In this document: piece after piece, positions 25,101-37,214 of the stretch
Position numbering within the stretch: the first letter of the stretch is position 1
How the letters are laid out: each line of letters opens with the position of its first letter
Assembly: GCF_965363235.1 (NCBI RefSeq)
Contig: NC_134841.1
Coordinates: 74,589,723-74,653,722 of the forward strand
Origin: Mytilus galloprovincialis
Lineage: Eukaryota
Direction of reading: 5' to 3'
Length of the DNA: 64,000 bases
Translations under genes and position numbers: made by a program
The notes under the pieces: model-generated
Seen by the model: the letters and a program-made list of their open reading frames with translations, nothing else
Databases searched by the model: none
Told to the model about the DNA's origin: nothing

Positions 25101-28100
25101 GGAACTTTGCCGTAGGGATATGTCGAGGAGTACCGAATGTGTGGTTGATATGGAAAATACGTAAATGGGCATTTTGAAGCTCTGTGGTGGCCAGACGGGC
25201 CCGGATCCCAGAAAAATATTTAAGTGGCAAATAGCTTGGATCAATACCTTTGAAATGAGCTAGGTCCGGTTCGGAACTTTGCCGTAGGGATATGTCGAGG
25301 AGTACCGAATGTGTGGTTGATATGGAAAATACGTAAATTGGCAACTTTGAACCTCTGTGGTGGCCAGACGGGCCCGGATCCCAGAAAAATATTTAAGTGG
25401 GGAATAGCTTGGGTCAATACCTTTAAAATGAGCTAGGTCCGGTTCGGAACTTTGCCGTTGGTATATGCCGAAAAGTACCGAATGTATGCATATAGTTAAT
25501 ACGGAAAATTACGTTATGGGGCACCTTTGAACCTCTGTGGTGGCCAGACGGGCCCGGATCCCAGAAACATATTTAAGTGGCAAATAGCTTGGATCAATAC
25601 CTTTGAAATGAGCTAGGTCCGGTTCGGAACTTTGCCGTAGGGATATGTCGAGGAGTACCGAATGTGTGGTTGATATGGAAAATACGTAAATGGGCATTTT
25701 GAAGCTCTGTGGTGGCCAGACGGGCCCGGATCCCAGAAAAATATTTAAGTGGCAAATAGCTTGGATCAATACCTTTGAAATGAGCTAGGTCCGGTTCGGA
25801 ACTTTGCCGTAGGGATATGTCGAGGAGTACCGAATGTGTGGTTGATATGGAAAATACGTAAATTGGCAACTTTGAACCTCTGTGGTGGCCAGACGGGCCC
25901 GGATCCCAGAAAAATATTTAAGTGGGGAATAGCTTGGGTCAATACCTTTAAAATGAGCTAGGTCCGGTTCGGAACTTTGCCGTTGGTATATGCCGAAAAG
26001 TACCGAATGTATGCATATGGTTAATACGGAAAATTACGTTATGGGGCACCTTTGAACCTCTGTGGTGGCCAGACGGGCCCGGATCCCAGAAACATATTTA
26101 AGTGGCAAATAGCTTGGATCAATACCTTTGAAATGAGCTAGGTCCGGTTCGGAACTTTGCCGTAGGGATATGTCGAGGAGTACCGAATGTGTGGTTGATA
26201 TGGAAAATACGTAAATGGGCATTTTGAAGCTCTGTGGTGGCCAGACGGGCCCGGATCCCAGAAAAATATTTAAGTGGCAAATAGCTTGGATCAATACCTT
26301 TGAAATGAGCTAGGTCCGGTTCGGAACTTTGCCGTAGGGATATGTCGAGGAGTACCGAATGTGTGGTTGATATGGAAAATACGTAAATTGGCAACTTTGA
26401 ACCTCTGTGGTGGCCAGACGGGCCCGGATCCCAGAAAAATATTTAAGTGGGGAATAGCTTGGGTCAATACCTTTAAAATGAGCTAGGTCCGGTTCGGAAC
26501 TTTGCCGTTGGTATATGCCGAAAAGTACCGAATGTATGCATATGGTTAATACGGAAAATTACGTTATGGGGCACCTTTGAACCTCTGTGGTGGCCAGACG
26601 GGCCCGGATCCCAGAAACATATTTAAGTGGCAAATAGCTTGGATCAATACCTTTGAAATGAGCTAGGTCCGGTTCGGAACTTTGCCGTAGGGATATGTCG
26701 AGGAGTACCGAATGTGTGGTTGATATGGAAAATACGTAAATGGGCATTTTGAAGCTCTGTGGTGGCCAGACGGGCCCGGATCCCAGAAAAATATTTAAGT
26801 GGCAAATAGCTTGGATCAATACCTTTGAAATGAGCTAGGTCCGGTTCGGAACTTTGCCGTAGGGATATGTCGAGGAGTACCGAATGTGTGGTTGATATGG
26901 AAAATACGTAAATTGGCAACTTTGAACCTCTGTGGTGGCCAGACGGGCCCGGATCCCAGAAAAATATTTAAGTGGGGAATAGCTTGGGTCAATACCTTTA
27001 AAATGAGCTAGGTCCGGTTCGGAACTTTGCCGTTGGTATATGCCGAAAAGTACCGAATGTATGCATATGGTTAATACGGAAAATTACGTTATGGGGCACC
27101 TTTGAACCTCTGTGGTGGCCAGACGGGCCCGGATCCCAGAAACATATTTAAGTGGCAAATAGCTTGGATCAATACCTTTGAAATGAGCTAGGTCCGGTTC
27201 GGAACTTTGCCGTAGGGATATGTCGAGGAGTACCGAATGTGTGGTTGATATGGAAAATACGTAAATGGGCATTTTGAAGCTCTGTGGTGGCCAGACGGGC
27301 CCGGATCCCAGAAAAATATTTAAGTGGCAAATAGCTTGGATCAATACCTTTGAAATGAGCTAGGTCCGGTTCGGAACTTTGCCGTAGGGATATGTCGAGG
27401 AGTACCGAATGTGTGGTTGATATGGAAAATACGTAAATTGGCAACTTTGAACCTCTGTGGTGGCCAGACGGGCCCGGATCCCAGAAAAATATTTAAGTGG
27501 GGAATAGCTTGGGTCAATACCTTTAAAATGAGCTAGGTCCGGTTCGGAACTTTGCCGTTGGTATATGCCGAAAAGTACCGAATGTATGCATATGGTTAAT
27601 ACGGAAAATTACGTTATGGGGCACCTTTGAACCTCTGTGGTGGCCAGACGGGCCCGGATCCCAGAAACATATTTAAGTGGCAAATAGCTTGGATCAATAC
27701 CTTTGAAATGAGCTAGGTCCGGTTCGGAACTTTGCCGTAGGGATATGTCGAGGAGTACCGAATGTGTGGTTGATATGGAAAATACGTAAATGGGCATTTT
27801 GAAGCTCTGTGGTGGCCAGACGGGCCCGGATCCCAGAAAAATATTTAAGTGGCAAATAGCTTGGATCAATACCTTTGAAATGAGCTAGGTCCGGTTCGGA
27901 ACTTTGCCGTAGGGATATGTCGAGGAGTACCGAATGTGTGGTTGATATGGAAAATACGTAAATTGGCAACTTTGAACCTCTGTGGTGGCCAGACGGGCCC
28001 GGATCCCAGAAAAATATTTAAGTGGGGAATAGCTTGGGTCAATACCTTTAAAATGAGCTAGGTCCGGTTCGGAACTTTGCCGTTGGTATATGCCGAAAAG

Positions 28101-28700
28101 TACCGAATGTATGCATATGGTTAATACGGAAAATTACGTTAAGGGGCACCTTTGAACCTCTGTGTTGGCCAGACGGGCCCGGATCCCAGAAAAATATTTC
28201 AGTGGGGAATAGCTTGGGTCAATACCTTTAAAATGAGATAGGTCCGGTTTGGAACTTTGGCGTTGGTATATGCCGAAAAGTACCGAATGTGTGGTTAATA
28301 CGGAAATTGACGTTAAGGGGCACCCTTGAACCTCTGTGGTGGCCAGACGGTCCCGGATCCCAGAAAATATTTAAGTTGGTAATAGCCTTGGTCAGTACCT
28401 TTTAAAATCAGCCAGGTCCGGTTCGGAACTTTGCCGTAGGGATATGTCGAGGAATACCGAATGTATTGTTGATATAGAAAATACATGTACGTAAATGGAC
28501 AATTTTGAACCTCTGTGGTGGCCAGACAGTGCCGGTTCCCAGAAAAATTTTGAAGTGGCGAATAGCTCGGGTCAATACCTTTAAAATGAGATAGGTCAGG
28601 TTCGGAACTTTGCCGTAGAGATAAGCCTAGGATTTCCGAAAGCATGTGTGGTTAATATGAAAAGTACGTTAAGGCACACCTTTGAATCCCTATAATGGCC
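13095..28700 (-). repeat. Satellite array: 525-bp higher-order repeat (three ~175-bp monomer variants), ~30 HOR copies that are virtually identical; last ~600 bp (28100-28700) progressively degenerate
   Basis: The ORF track repeats with exact 525-nt spacing (13436, 13961, 14486 ... 27609). Monomers contain GGATCC, GGGCCC and TGGCCA sites. A single G/A variant (atatGgtt vs atatAgtt) recurs at spacings of 3-5 HORs. Confidence 0.92.
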
Positions 28701-31687
28701 AATATCTTTCATTAGTACAACACCTCCAAATATAGATAAATTAAATTGGCTTCTTATAATGCTAGTAAAAAAGAACACGAATATAAAGTGTATGGAACTT
28801 GTTTGGTAACCTTTTTTCATTGAAACAGGTTATATTTAAAGTAGGGGACGGACACAGTTTTAAACTTTAAATAAAAGAATGTTTAAAAAGGTGGACCGAG
28901 AAAAGTCTTAACTGGTGTCCCAAGTGTTAAACACTTAAGCCCAAAGGTATCGCATCAAGGATTTTACTGACGAAAAAGTACAAAGTTCTTTTTATGAACC
29001 TTAACTTAAAAGAAGGTTCAGGATTTGAACCGCATCGGTAAGGTCTGGCTAAAACAAAACAGGTGTGGGTGAAAGAGGTCTTTGTTCCATGAAAAGGGTA
29101 ACCTAAGTCCTTAAACTCTTGATTCAAACAATAAGATTTGCAGTACCAACCTTTTAGCAAGTATAGGCTTTGACAATTTGCCCAAGATTATAAAGGATAC
29201 TTTCGTTATGCGAGTATTAATGTGGTGAAGGCTTAAACATCTGGACTACGTCTTTACCAAATAATAAACCACTAACGGATTTTAATCTCCCACCAGCATG
29301 TTTTGATAGAATACACATCCTCAGACTCTCTAGATTTTCCTTGTTTTGGTCTTAAGCTTCTATTGACAACTAAAGTTTCAAGAGTTCATCAATGTTTTAT
29401 GTGTCGAGTTTTTAATCTGATTTACCTCGAGTTCTTGGTGCAGAGTGGTCTTAAACTCATCTACCTTTTTCTCGAGTTCTTTAATGACTGTATCATTATC
29501 CTTTCTCTAGTCGTTTTATATCTCTCTTTATCTGGTTACACGCGGATTGTAATTTTAATTCTAACGGTTTCGTATAGTGTTTCAATTGACGCATGACTCG
29601 TCGTTTTATTGCAGCATCCGTATTATTATTCTAAGATTTAATGTTAGTGATAGGATTGTTGTTCATGTTCAATTCTTCAAGCAATTGACTCCTATTTATT
29701 TCTCAATTTCCATAAAGTCCAAATTTGTCTGTCTTGGAAACGCAACTTCATCAAGGTTTTCCTTCAGACAACAATTGTGACAAATACAAACAAAAGTGTC
29801 CACAGACCACTGGTGCTCTTATCTGAAGTTCATCGGTGATGTAGTAGATCTTAAGTTTCAAGTAATTTACCATTACGTAAGGGGGGATTAAAGTCCGTAA
29901 GAATCAAAATACGCTTTGCTTGTTGTCGTCTTAAACTAACACGTCCAATGGGTTCCAGGTCTCATAATGGAAGAGTTAAAAGGTCATCAAACACGTCTTG
30001 CAATCGTTAAATGTAATGTTCTGTCAATTGACTTGTTTCTTCGTTCCTTTAGCTTTCCTGGTGTGTTGACCATCACCCATTCGATATTAACACATCTTGT
30101 AAGAATCCATACAAAGTTAGCCATCATTTGACCACCACATGCATACCAATCATTTTTTATTTTGTTGACGTTGGTCGGAATTCGAAAACGGGTTGTCCAT
30201 ACAATAGTTTGATGTGTCAATCTTGTTTTGAATGTGAGATATGTCTTTTTAAAAGTCGTCGGTTTAAATTTAATAGGCTTAACTATCGGTGTCGGTAAAC
30301 AATTGTCGAACTTTGTTCCCGTTGGTTTACGCACAAAGTCCAAATGAATGTCGTACATTTAAAATCTTTGAAATGTCTAAGATAATTGCTCCTTAGTACA
30401 CAGGCTTGTTAAACTTTAGTTTGGTTTTCTTTATGTTTACTACTACCATGGACTCGTTATACACCACGAATTGGTCACAGTTGGGTGTAGCTATTAGTTT
30501 CAACGGTTGCTTATCAGTAGTCATTAATATTATATTCACCCGTTAACGTGTGTTTTCCATGGTATTTTCAAACATTGAGTTGTTTATCAGTTTAAAGGAA
30601 TACTTTTCAGATACGATGCTGGCTATGATTCTAAGGTTAGTGTTCAGGTCAATGAAAATTTTAAGCCAAATTGATTGTTAAATTTTTGACACACGATGCA
30701 CTTTGGTTAATACCAACCATTGGAAACAACACTATTTCAAATTTCTAAAAAAAAAAAAATAGTAAACACATGTAGTACATGAACATAGTCAGCCACACTA
30801 ATGTGTTTATTATTAAGTCGGTCAGCAGATAGTAGTTGTGTTTTCGTCTTGTCGTAATGACCCTTCATGAAATCGTAAGATAAACATTTTATTTTTAATT
30901 ATTTATCATAAATTCATTATTCTACCTAAATCACGACTTTCATACCTTAAATTGGTTCAACTTTAAATTCTAAGCTAAATATATAAGGTGTCGGACGAAT
31001 TTAACATAAACTTACAGGAATCAATGAAAAGCATTTCTTACCGGTAATTGACAGTCTAAGTTACATTTTTTTATGTACTGCACCACGATACTTACTTGTC
31101 GAACGCTCGTGATCACGCACTTTGTCTTCACCTAATTCATCATCGCACATGTGACAATATTAACTCGCTGTAAAACATTGGGATCTTCTTCAGTCATCAC
31201 CAGGTCTTTTATCAATGTAGATGTTTGCAATCGCCTTCATTATCTCTTCCATACAAGCCACAAATCTCTGAACAATGTCTTCCAGTGAGTACACTTTTGT
31301 TTCTTTATATTCCCTATGAGCATACTGGACACGGTAGTAAAACCAGAAGGTGTATTTTGTTAGTTAACATCCGTGTAAGCTTTTAGTTTGTCAGGTTGGC
31401 AAGTGTCTATCTGTTCTGAGCTACATTGAATGTCAGCATAAATAACATAAGGAAATCGCATTTTACGTTGGTACTATGTTGTAAGATATTGTAATGGTAT
31501 CTTCTTCTGGAATTTCGATTTTCACTCCATTCATCTTATCACAATACATTAAATGTTCGTCTAAAAAGTCCTCACTTTAACAATGATTGAAACATCTTCG
31601 ACAAAAACACTTTACCATTGTGGGATGACACTTGGGGACTTAACAAATGTGATAATAGTTATCAAAGTACCAGGATTATAATTTTGT

Positions 31688-31733
31688 ACGCCAGACGCGC
31701 GTTTCGTCTACATAAGACTCATCAGTGACGCTC
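31688..31733 (-). ncRNA. Hammerhead ribozyme, minimal type-I topology (copy 1)
   Basis: Minus strand: GAGCGUCA-CUGAUGA-GUC-UUAUGUA-GAC-GAAAC-GCGC-GUC|UGGCGU. Conserved CUGAUGA and GAAA cores are present. Stem II is GUC/GAC. Short helix III is AC/GU. GUC cleavage triplet. Helix I is GCGUCA with UGGCGU (6 bp including 2 G-U pairs). Confidence 0.6.
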
Positions 31734-32039
31734 AGATCAAAATATTTATAAAGCCAAACAAGTACAAAGTTGAAGAGCATTTAGGATCCAAAATTCCAAA
31801 AAGTTGTGCCAAATACGGCTAAGGTAATCTATTCCTGGGATAAGAAAATCCTTAGTTTTTCGAAAAATTCAGTTTTGTAAACGGGAAATTTATAAAAATG
31901 ACCACAATATTGATATTCATGTCAACACCAAAGTGTTGACTACTGGGCTGGTAATACCCGCGGGGACGAAACGTCCACCAGCAGTGGCATCGACCCAGTG
32001 GTGTATATAGTTATCAAAGTACCAGGATTATAATTTTGT

Positions 32040-32085
32040 ACGCCAGACGAGCGTTTCGTCTACTTAAGACTCATCAGTGACGCTC
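32040..32085 (-). ncRNA. Hammerhead ribozyme (copy 2; stem II loop UUAAGUA, helix III loop GCUC)
   Basis: Same core as copy 1, 352 nt away. Compensatory or neutral changes are confined to loops. Confidence 0.55.
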
Positions 32086-32391
32086 ATATCAAAATATTTA
32101 TAAAGCCAAACAAGTACAAAGTTGAAGAGCATTTAGGATCCAAAATTCCAAAAAGTTGTGCCAAATACGGCTAAGGTAATCTATTCCTGGGATAAGAAAA
32201 TCCTTAGTTTTTCGAAAAATTCAGTTTTGTAAACGGGAAATTTATAAAAATGAACACAATATTGATATTCATGTCAACACCGAAGTGTTGACTACTGGGC
32301 TGGTAATACCCTCGGGGACGAAACATCCACCAGCAGTGGCATCGACCCAGTGGTGTAAATAGTTATCAAAGTACCAGGATTATAATTTTGT

Positions 32392-32437
32392 ACGCCAGAC
32401 GCGCGTTTCGTCTACATAAGACTCATCAGTGACGCTC
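32392..32437 (-). ncRNA. Hammerhead ribozyme (copy 3, identical to copy 1)
   Basis: gccagacgcgcgtttcgtctacataagactcatcagtgacgctc on the plus strand is the reverse complement of the ribozyme. Confidence 0.55.
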
Positions 32438-34269
32438 ATATCAAAATATTTATAAAGCCAAACAAGTACAAACTTTTTATCCAACAGTAATGATGTTTAG
32501 TAGCATTGGTTAAATACAACGTGTTTGTGTGAGTTCTATTCTTTTTGATGTTTTTTGAATTTTTAACGGGTACTTTTTTGTATTTTTTGTATTGACTCAC
32601 TCGTAAAATGTACTTTTCTGATCCACCTATTCATGATGTGATTGTGAGAATACAGCTCACGTTAATAATGGCCTTCTTCTGTGCTAGTTTTACTGAAAGG
32701 CGTAGGTAAGACTCAAACATCAGGGATACAATTTATTCATATGAAGGTGTACTTCTACAATATGACTAACGTTCACTCACTTCCATCACGCATGCAAGTT
32801 GCTATGCTTTCTTTTGCCTTTTCTATCATTACTGTTAGTTCAGTGTCTTAGTTGGTTGATTCAGTAATACTAACTTGCCATGCTTGAGTTGACCTTAAAA
32901 GTGGAATCACTGTCACCTGTTGCAAGGTTTTTTTTACCAACTGTACTAGAAGCACCTTCGATGCCTACTTTAAGTTGTCTTCTGAAATTTTACGAATCAA
33001 ATGTATGTAAAGCACTTCGACTTGCCTTAAAAATGAATTAACAAATGGTTCAATAAACACTGTAGTTCTTTTCTACCATCTTTCATCTTAATAACAGGTT
33101 TCTTAGCTATGTCTTGTTGCAGTCCTTTTTCCTTTTTCTTGATCTATATGTAAGGTATACCACGTTTCTTTGCTTTTAGTATTAATTCATTTTTAGTGAA
33201 CACTTCTGTATTGGGTAACACTTGATGCGTGTTGTCTTCAATAAGCTTTACCAACACGTCTTTTGGGTTTATACTATATCCTTTTAACCCCAAATCCTTT
33301 GCCATTCGATGTAATTAGTTTACCGTTATTTGTAAATGACCCGCTGGTATTGTCTTTATAAACCTAGCGCAACCTCTTTATTATGTATAGCATGTATATT
33401 AACTCACAATCTAGGCGTACCCGGTATGTTTTTGTTTGTTAATGCCATTGTTTATTTAATACTTACACACATGTGTCTTTTATGATTATTTTTTTTTTTC
33501 AATTTTACACCCCTAACCACCACTTGTAATTTTTTTAATCTAATGTTTACTAGATGTGAAAAGAAAAATAATGACACGTACTACTACGCGGTTTTCTGTC
33601 TAATAAGGGTATAGGCAGTCGTACTTCTGATGAACGGTCTTTCCAACGTTCTTGTTTCGTAATACAACCCACTACAAGCCCACACCTTACTTGTTACCCG
33701 TTTTATTGACTTCAAGATTAGTAGGTAAGTATCACAAATTATTTCATCCCCACTTGTAGTGTCAATAATTTGGTTCACCTCACTTGTTGGCAGGTCCTTC
33801 CATTTTTGTTTTTCTTTTGTGTCAAAGGTATTCAGATCAATAAAATAATATTGATTATAAGATGCCTTCATAATCCTAATACTTATAAAAATATTCCTAT
33901 ATTCTGGTTTTTTTTTTCATTTTAAAAAACACCACCCCGTACTCCTATTCAAATTCTAACCCTAACACCCCTTACCCTAACACACCTTACTCTAAAACCT
34001 TAAACACCTTTTAAATCAGACTATAACTTTTACACCATGATGCTTATTTACCTGTATAATGTTACGTCATAACTTTTACTTACTAATATGACGTCACTTT
34101 TTTCACTGTCACCTTCCTACTTTCACGTTCACTGTTAATTACTAAAATTGAAAGTGTTGCAGCATTCTCTATTCTACACCACTGGTATGAACCCAGGCTA
34201 TTCACTACTTTTTTTATATAATCCAGAGCCATCTGCATTACAGTGGTTCCGAAATTCATATAACGTATT

Positions 34270-34395
34270 TAACTTACAAACCACATATTCGGAACATCTT
34301 AGCATATCCTTACGGCAAAGTTCCGATTTAATATTTTTCTGGGATCATGGCAATCCTGACCACAATTGGGGTTAAAAGTTGTGCCTTAACATATT
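34270..34395 (+). repeat. Degenerate satellite monomer fragment (edge of array C, separated from it by the BEL/Pao insertion)
   Basis: ccttacggcaaagttccga...atatttttctgggatcatggcaatcctgaccacaattggggttaaaagttgtgccttaac aligns to the satellite monomer. Confidence 0.5.
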
Positions 34396-34424
34396 TTCAT
34401 AATAATCATGTCAGAAAATACACA

Positions 34425-37192
34425 AATACAAACATTATGCTATGGTAACGTTGTTTCCATAACGCTATAGTGAGTGACGTTATTGTATTATTCATTAGCT
34501 ATCATGACGATTAAACGTATATAGAACACACAACGCATTTATTGAGATTTTTTAACATTTATGGTGCCGTGACGGACGTTAAAGGCAATACGTGTCGGCA
34601 ACAGAGCAGCAGTGACTAAGCTATGGATCAAATTCGAGGAGCTGAAAGAGAATCCTGAAAACGTCAAAATGGAGGAATTCAAAGCCACAGAGTATGCCGT
34701 AACCCAGAAAAAGAAGAATATTCATGATTTAAACGAGGAAATGAAAGAAATCCAACACGAGGATCACATTGATCAAGAAATTACAGACTCGGATGAGTAT
34801 ATGTTTGATTTAGACATTAAACTAAAGCAAATACGAAAACTTAAGCAAACAATCAAATCCCCCAACAATAATTCTAATTTAAAAGAAAGTAAACAATGAA
34901 CGCTAACACTGAATGCTATATACCTACATCAAACGCTATTTATACAAACACATCAGCCGTTTACATGCTAAACACTAGAAAACGAATTCCATCGGAGGAA
35001 AATCCTACCGGAAATCAATCAAGCAACTTTATTGGTCCGATTTTACAATCATACAATACTCAGGAAGATTGTTCGTATATACAACCACCAGCCCAACTAC
35101 CAAATGTATTTAGTAATGTAAATCATAGATTATTTTAATTAGATTAGCCACATTTTGACGGGTATGTTTTGCAGTTGAGCACATTTTGGGACTTTTACGA
35201 ATGTACCATACACTAAAATAGTAGCCTTACACCAATACAGAAATTTAGTTATCTGAAAGCCCAGCTTATAAGAACCGCCGCCCAAACCATAGCAGGATTT
35301 ACGCTTACGCACACCAATTATGAGACAGCCGTTTGTTTGCTAAGAGAGAGATTTGGAAACTCACACAATTTTTTAATGATTACATGAAATCACTCATGAG
35401 CTTACCCGCACCGACAAATGATGCATTTAGCTTGAGATCTTACGGAGACAAACTTGAATCATATGTGCGAGGATTAGAGTCACTTTGTCAAACACCTGAG
35501 ATGTATGGTTCGCTTTAGTTTTGGACAAGTTACCGATTGACATGAGAAAATCTATTGCAAGAAAACGCGGGAGATATAACTTGATATTGAAAAATCTACG
35601 AATAGCAATAACTAAAGAGATTGAAATACTTAAAGCTGGCGAAGGAGTCATGAGTTCAGACATATTGTACGCCACTGCACTTTTTTATGGGTACGCAATC
35701 ACATTCATACAAGAGCGAATTCAAAGACACACGTAAGATGGTAAATACACATACATGTATATTTTGTTTAGCTGAGCACTATCCGGCGGAGTGCCCTGAA
35801 GTAACAGACGTAAACATAAGAAATCAAATTGTAAAACAGAAACAGTTATGCTTTAACTGTAAAGGGTCACACTAAGTAGCCGCATGCCACTCTACTGAAC
35901 GATGCAAAAAGTGTAACGGAATACATCATACTAGCATATGTAAAGGAAAAGAGGTAATTCCAGGTATGACACCGCAGCCTACAATACAATAGTCAGCAAT
36001 CAACGTAGTTGAAACACCAAACGAGACTACAGTAATGTATCCATCACATCAGAGTCACGACATTCTCCCGAAAACAACAACTGCACCAGTTGTAAATAAC
36101 GACCAAGAACTAGAAAGTAACATCTTATTTGACGAGGGAGCACAGCCTTCTTCAATTTTATAACTCAGAAATTAACTGATAAATTAGAAATAAATCCTAC
36201 AGAAAAAGTAAGCATTCATCCGTCTGTGATTTGAAATTTATCCCAGAAGGTTCGCAACTTAGACACTGCAACAATACAGTTACAGACCGACACAGGAGAA
36301 AAAGTCCATATCGACACATTCATTGTTCCAGAGATTGCCGTTCCGATTTAAAACAAGATTTCACAGACTACAAGGAACTTTCAACATTTAAACTTAAGTA
36401 CAGAACGTTTCGAAATTGACTTACTCATAGGCACCGACTACTACTGGTAAATTATCGAGGACAGAGTTATAAGAGGAAAAGGACCAATCGTTGTACAGTC
36501 AAAGTTCGCATGTGTGTTATCAGGACTAAACAATAGAAACATCAACCATCCGACAACATCTATAGCTCTGGTAAACGTCATTAAAGACAAGAACACAGCG
36601 AAAAAGGAAAGTCCACGGCAAAGTTGCTATGGAAACATGACCGTTCAGATGATATACCTTCAGGCACGACCGTTGCCAAAAGAAGACCAGAAGACACATC
36701 ACAATGGCTCGTACAAAGTAGATCGCATATGAACCCACTTAAGGAAAATTTCAAAGAAAGTAACTTGCTACCTAGACGAACGAACACACCCTCAACTGGT
36801 AGAGTCAAGAAGCCAAATAGATACAAGAAAGGAACTTACAACGCATAAAGAAAATTACCGCTGAGTGATGCTACAGTAGGCGGCAGAAGAAAAATCCATG
36901 AATGGACTATGAGATAAACTTTAGTTGTGATCAGTTAAGGTTAAGGAACTAGATTATTTTATTTGAGATGGACATAAATTTAAATTTCTTTTATCTATAT
37001 TGTGAACTTACATTTTCTTACAATTTTTCGTTACATACTTCGGAAAATACGCAAGGTACAAACATTATGCTATGGTAACGTTGTAACTATAACGCTATAG
37101 TAAGTGATGTTATTGTATTATTCATTACCATCACTACATTTAAACGTATATAGAAAACACAACGCATTTATTGAGATTCTTCAACAATCTTA
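34425..37192 (+). mobile_element. BEL/Pao LTR-retrotransposon fragment (gag with three CCHC knuckles plus start of A17 protease), degenerate, bounded by ~135-bp direct repeats (34425-34558 and 37058-37192)
   Basis: Gag DUF1759-like motif LKAQLIRTAAQTIAGFTLTHTNYETAVCLLRERFGN (about 35245-35350). Zinc knuckles CIFCLAEHYPAEC, CFNCKGSH..C and CKKCNGIHHTSIC (35750-35940). Protease-like LFDEGAQPSSIL (about 36125) and DLLIGTDYYW (about 36415). Many stops and frameshifts. No RT or integrase. Confidence 0.55.
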
Positions 37193-37214
37193 CATTCGGA
37201 ATTCCTAAGAATAT

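Larger units (their letters stand above)
31655..32473 (-). mobile_element. Retrozyme-like insertion: 352-bp unit tandemly repeated ~2.3 times, each unit with a hammerhead ribozyme (minus strand); absent from the paralogous copy at about 2740
   Basis: Unit starts (atagttatcaaagtaccagg) at 31655, 32007 and 32359. Paralog reads gtgataaac|ttttttt (about 2735-2750) where this copy reads gtgataa[insert]actttttat. Confidence 0.65.
29990..33312. repeat. Segmental duplication, copy 2
   Basis: See 420-3700. This copy carries the ~818-bp ribozyme tandem insertion at 31655-32473. It also has a 1-bp deletion that frameshifts the Endo-VII-like exon. Confidence 0.6.

Noticed and set aside
13071-28000. Dozens of 62-91-aa ORFs (MPIYVFSISTTHSVLLDISLRQSSEPDLAHFKGIDPSY..., MIQAICHLNIFLGSGPVWPPQSFK...) repeated every 525 nt on the minus strand, and the equivalents on the plus strand at 37171-44530
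   Set aside because: They are translations of the satellite monomer. Identical peptides recur with the repeat period, and they overlap each other in different frames. No start/stop context is independent of the repeat. They are not genes.
33925-33990. CCCTAA-like motifs (aaccctaacaccccttaccctaacacacc), possible interstitial telomeric repeat
   Set aside because: Only two degenerate units embedded in C/A-rich low-complexity sequence. Not a telomeric array.
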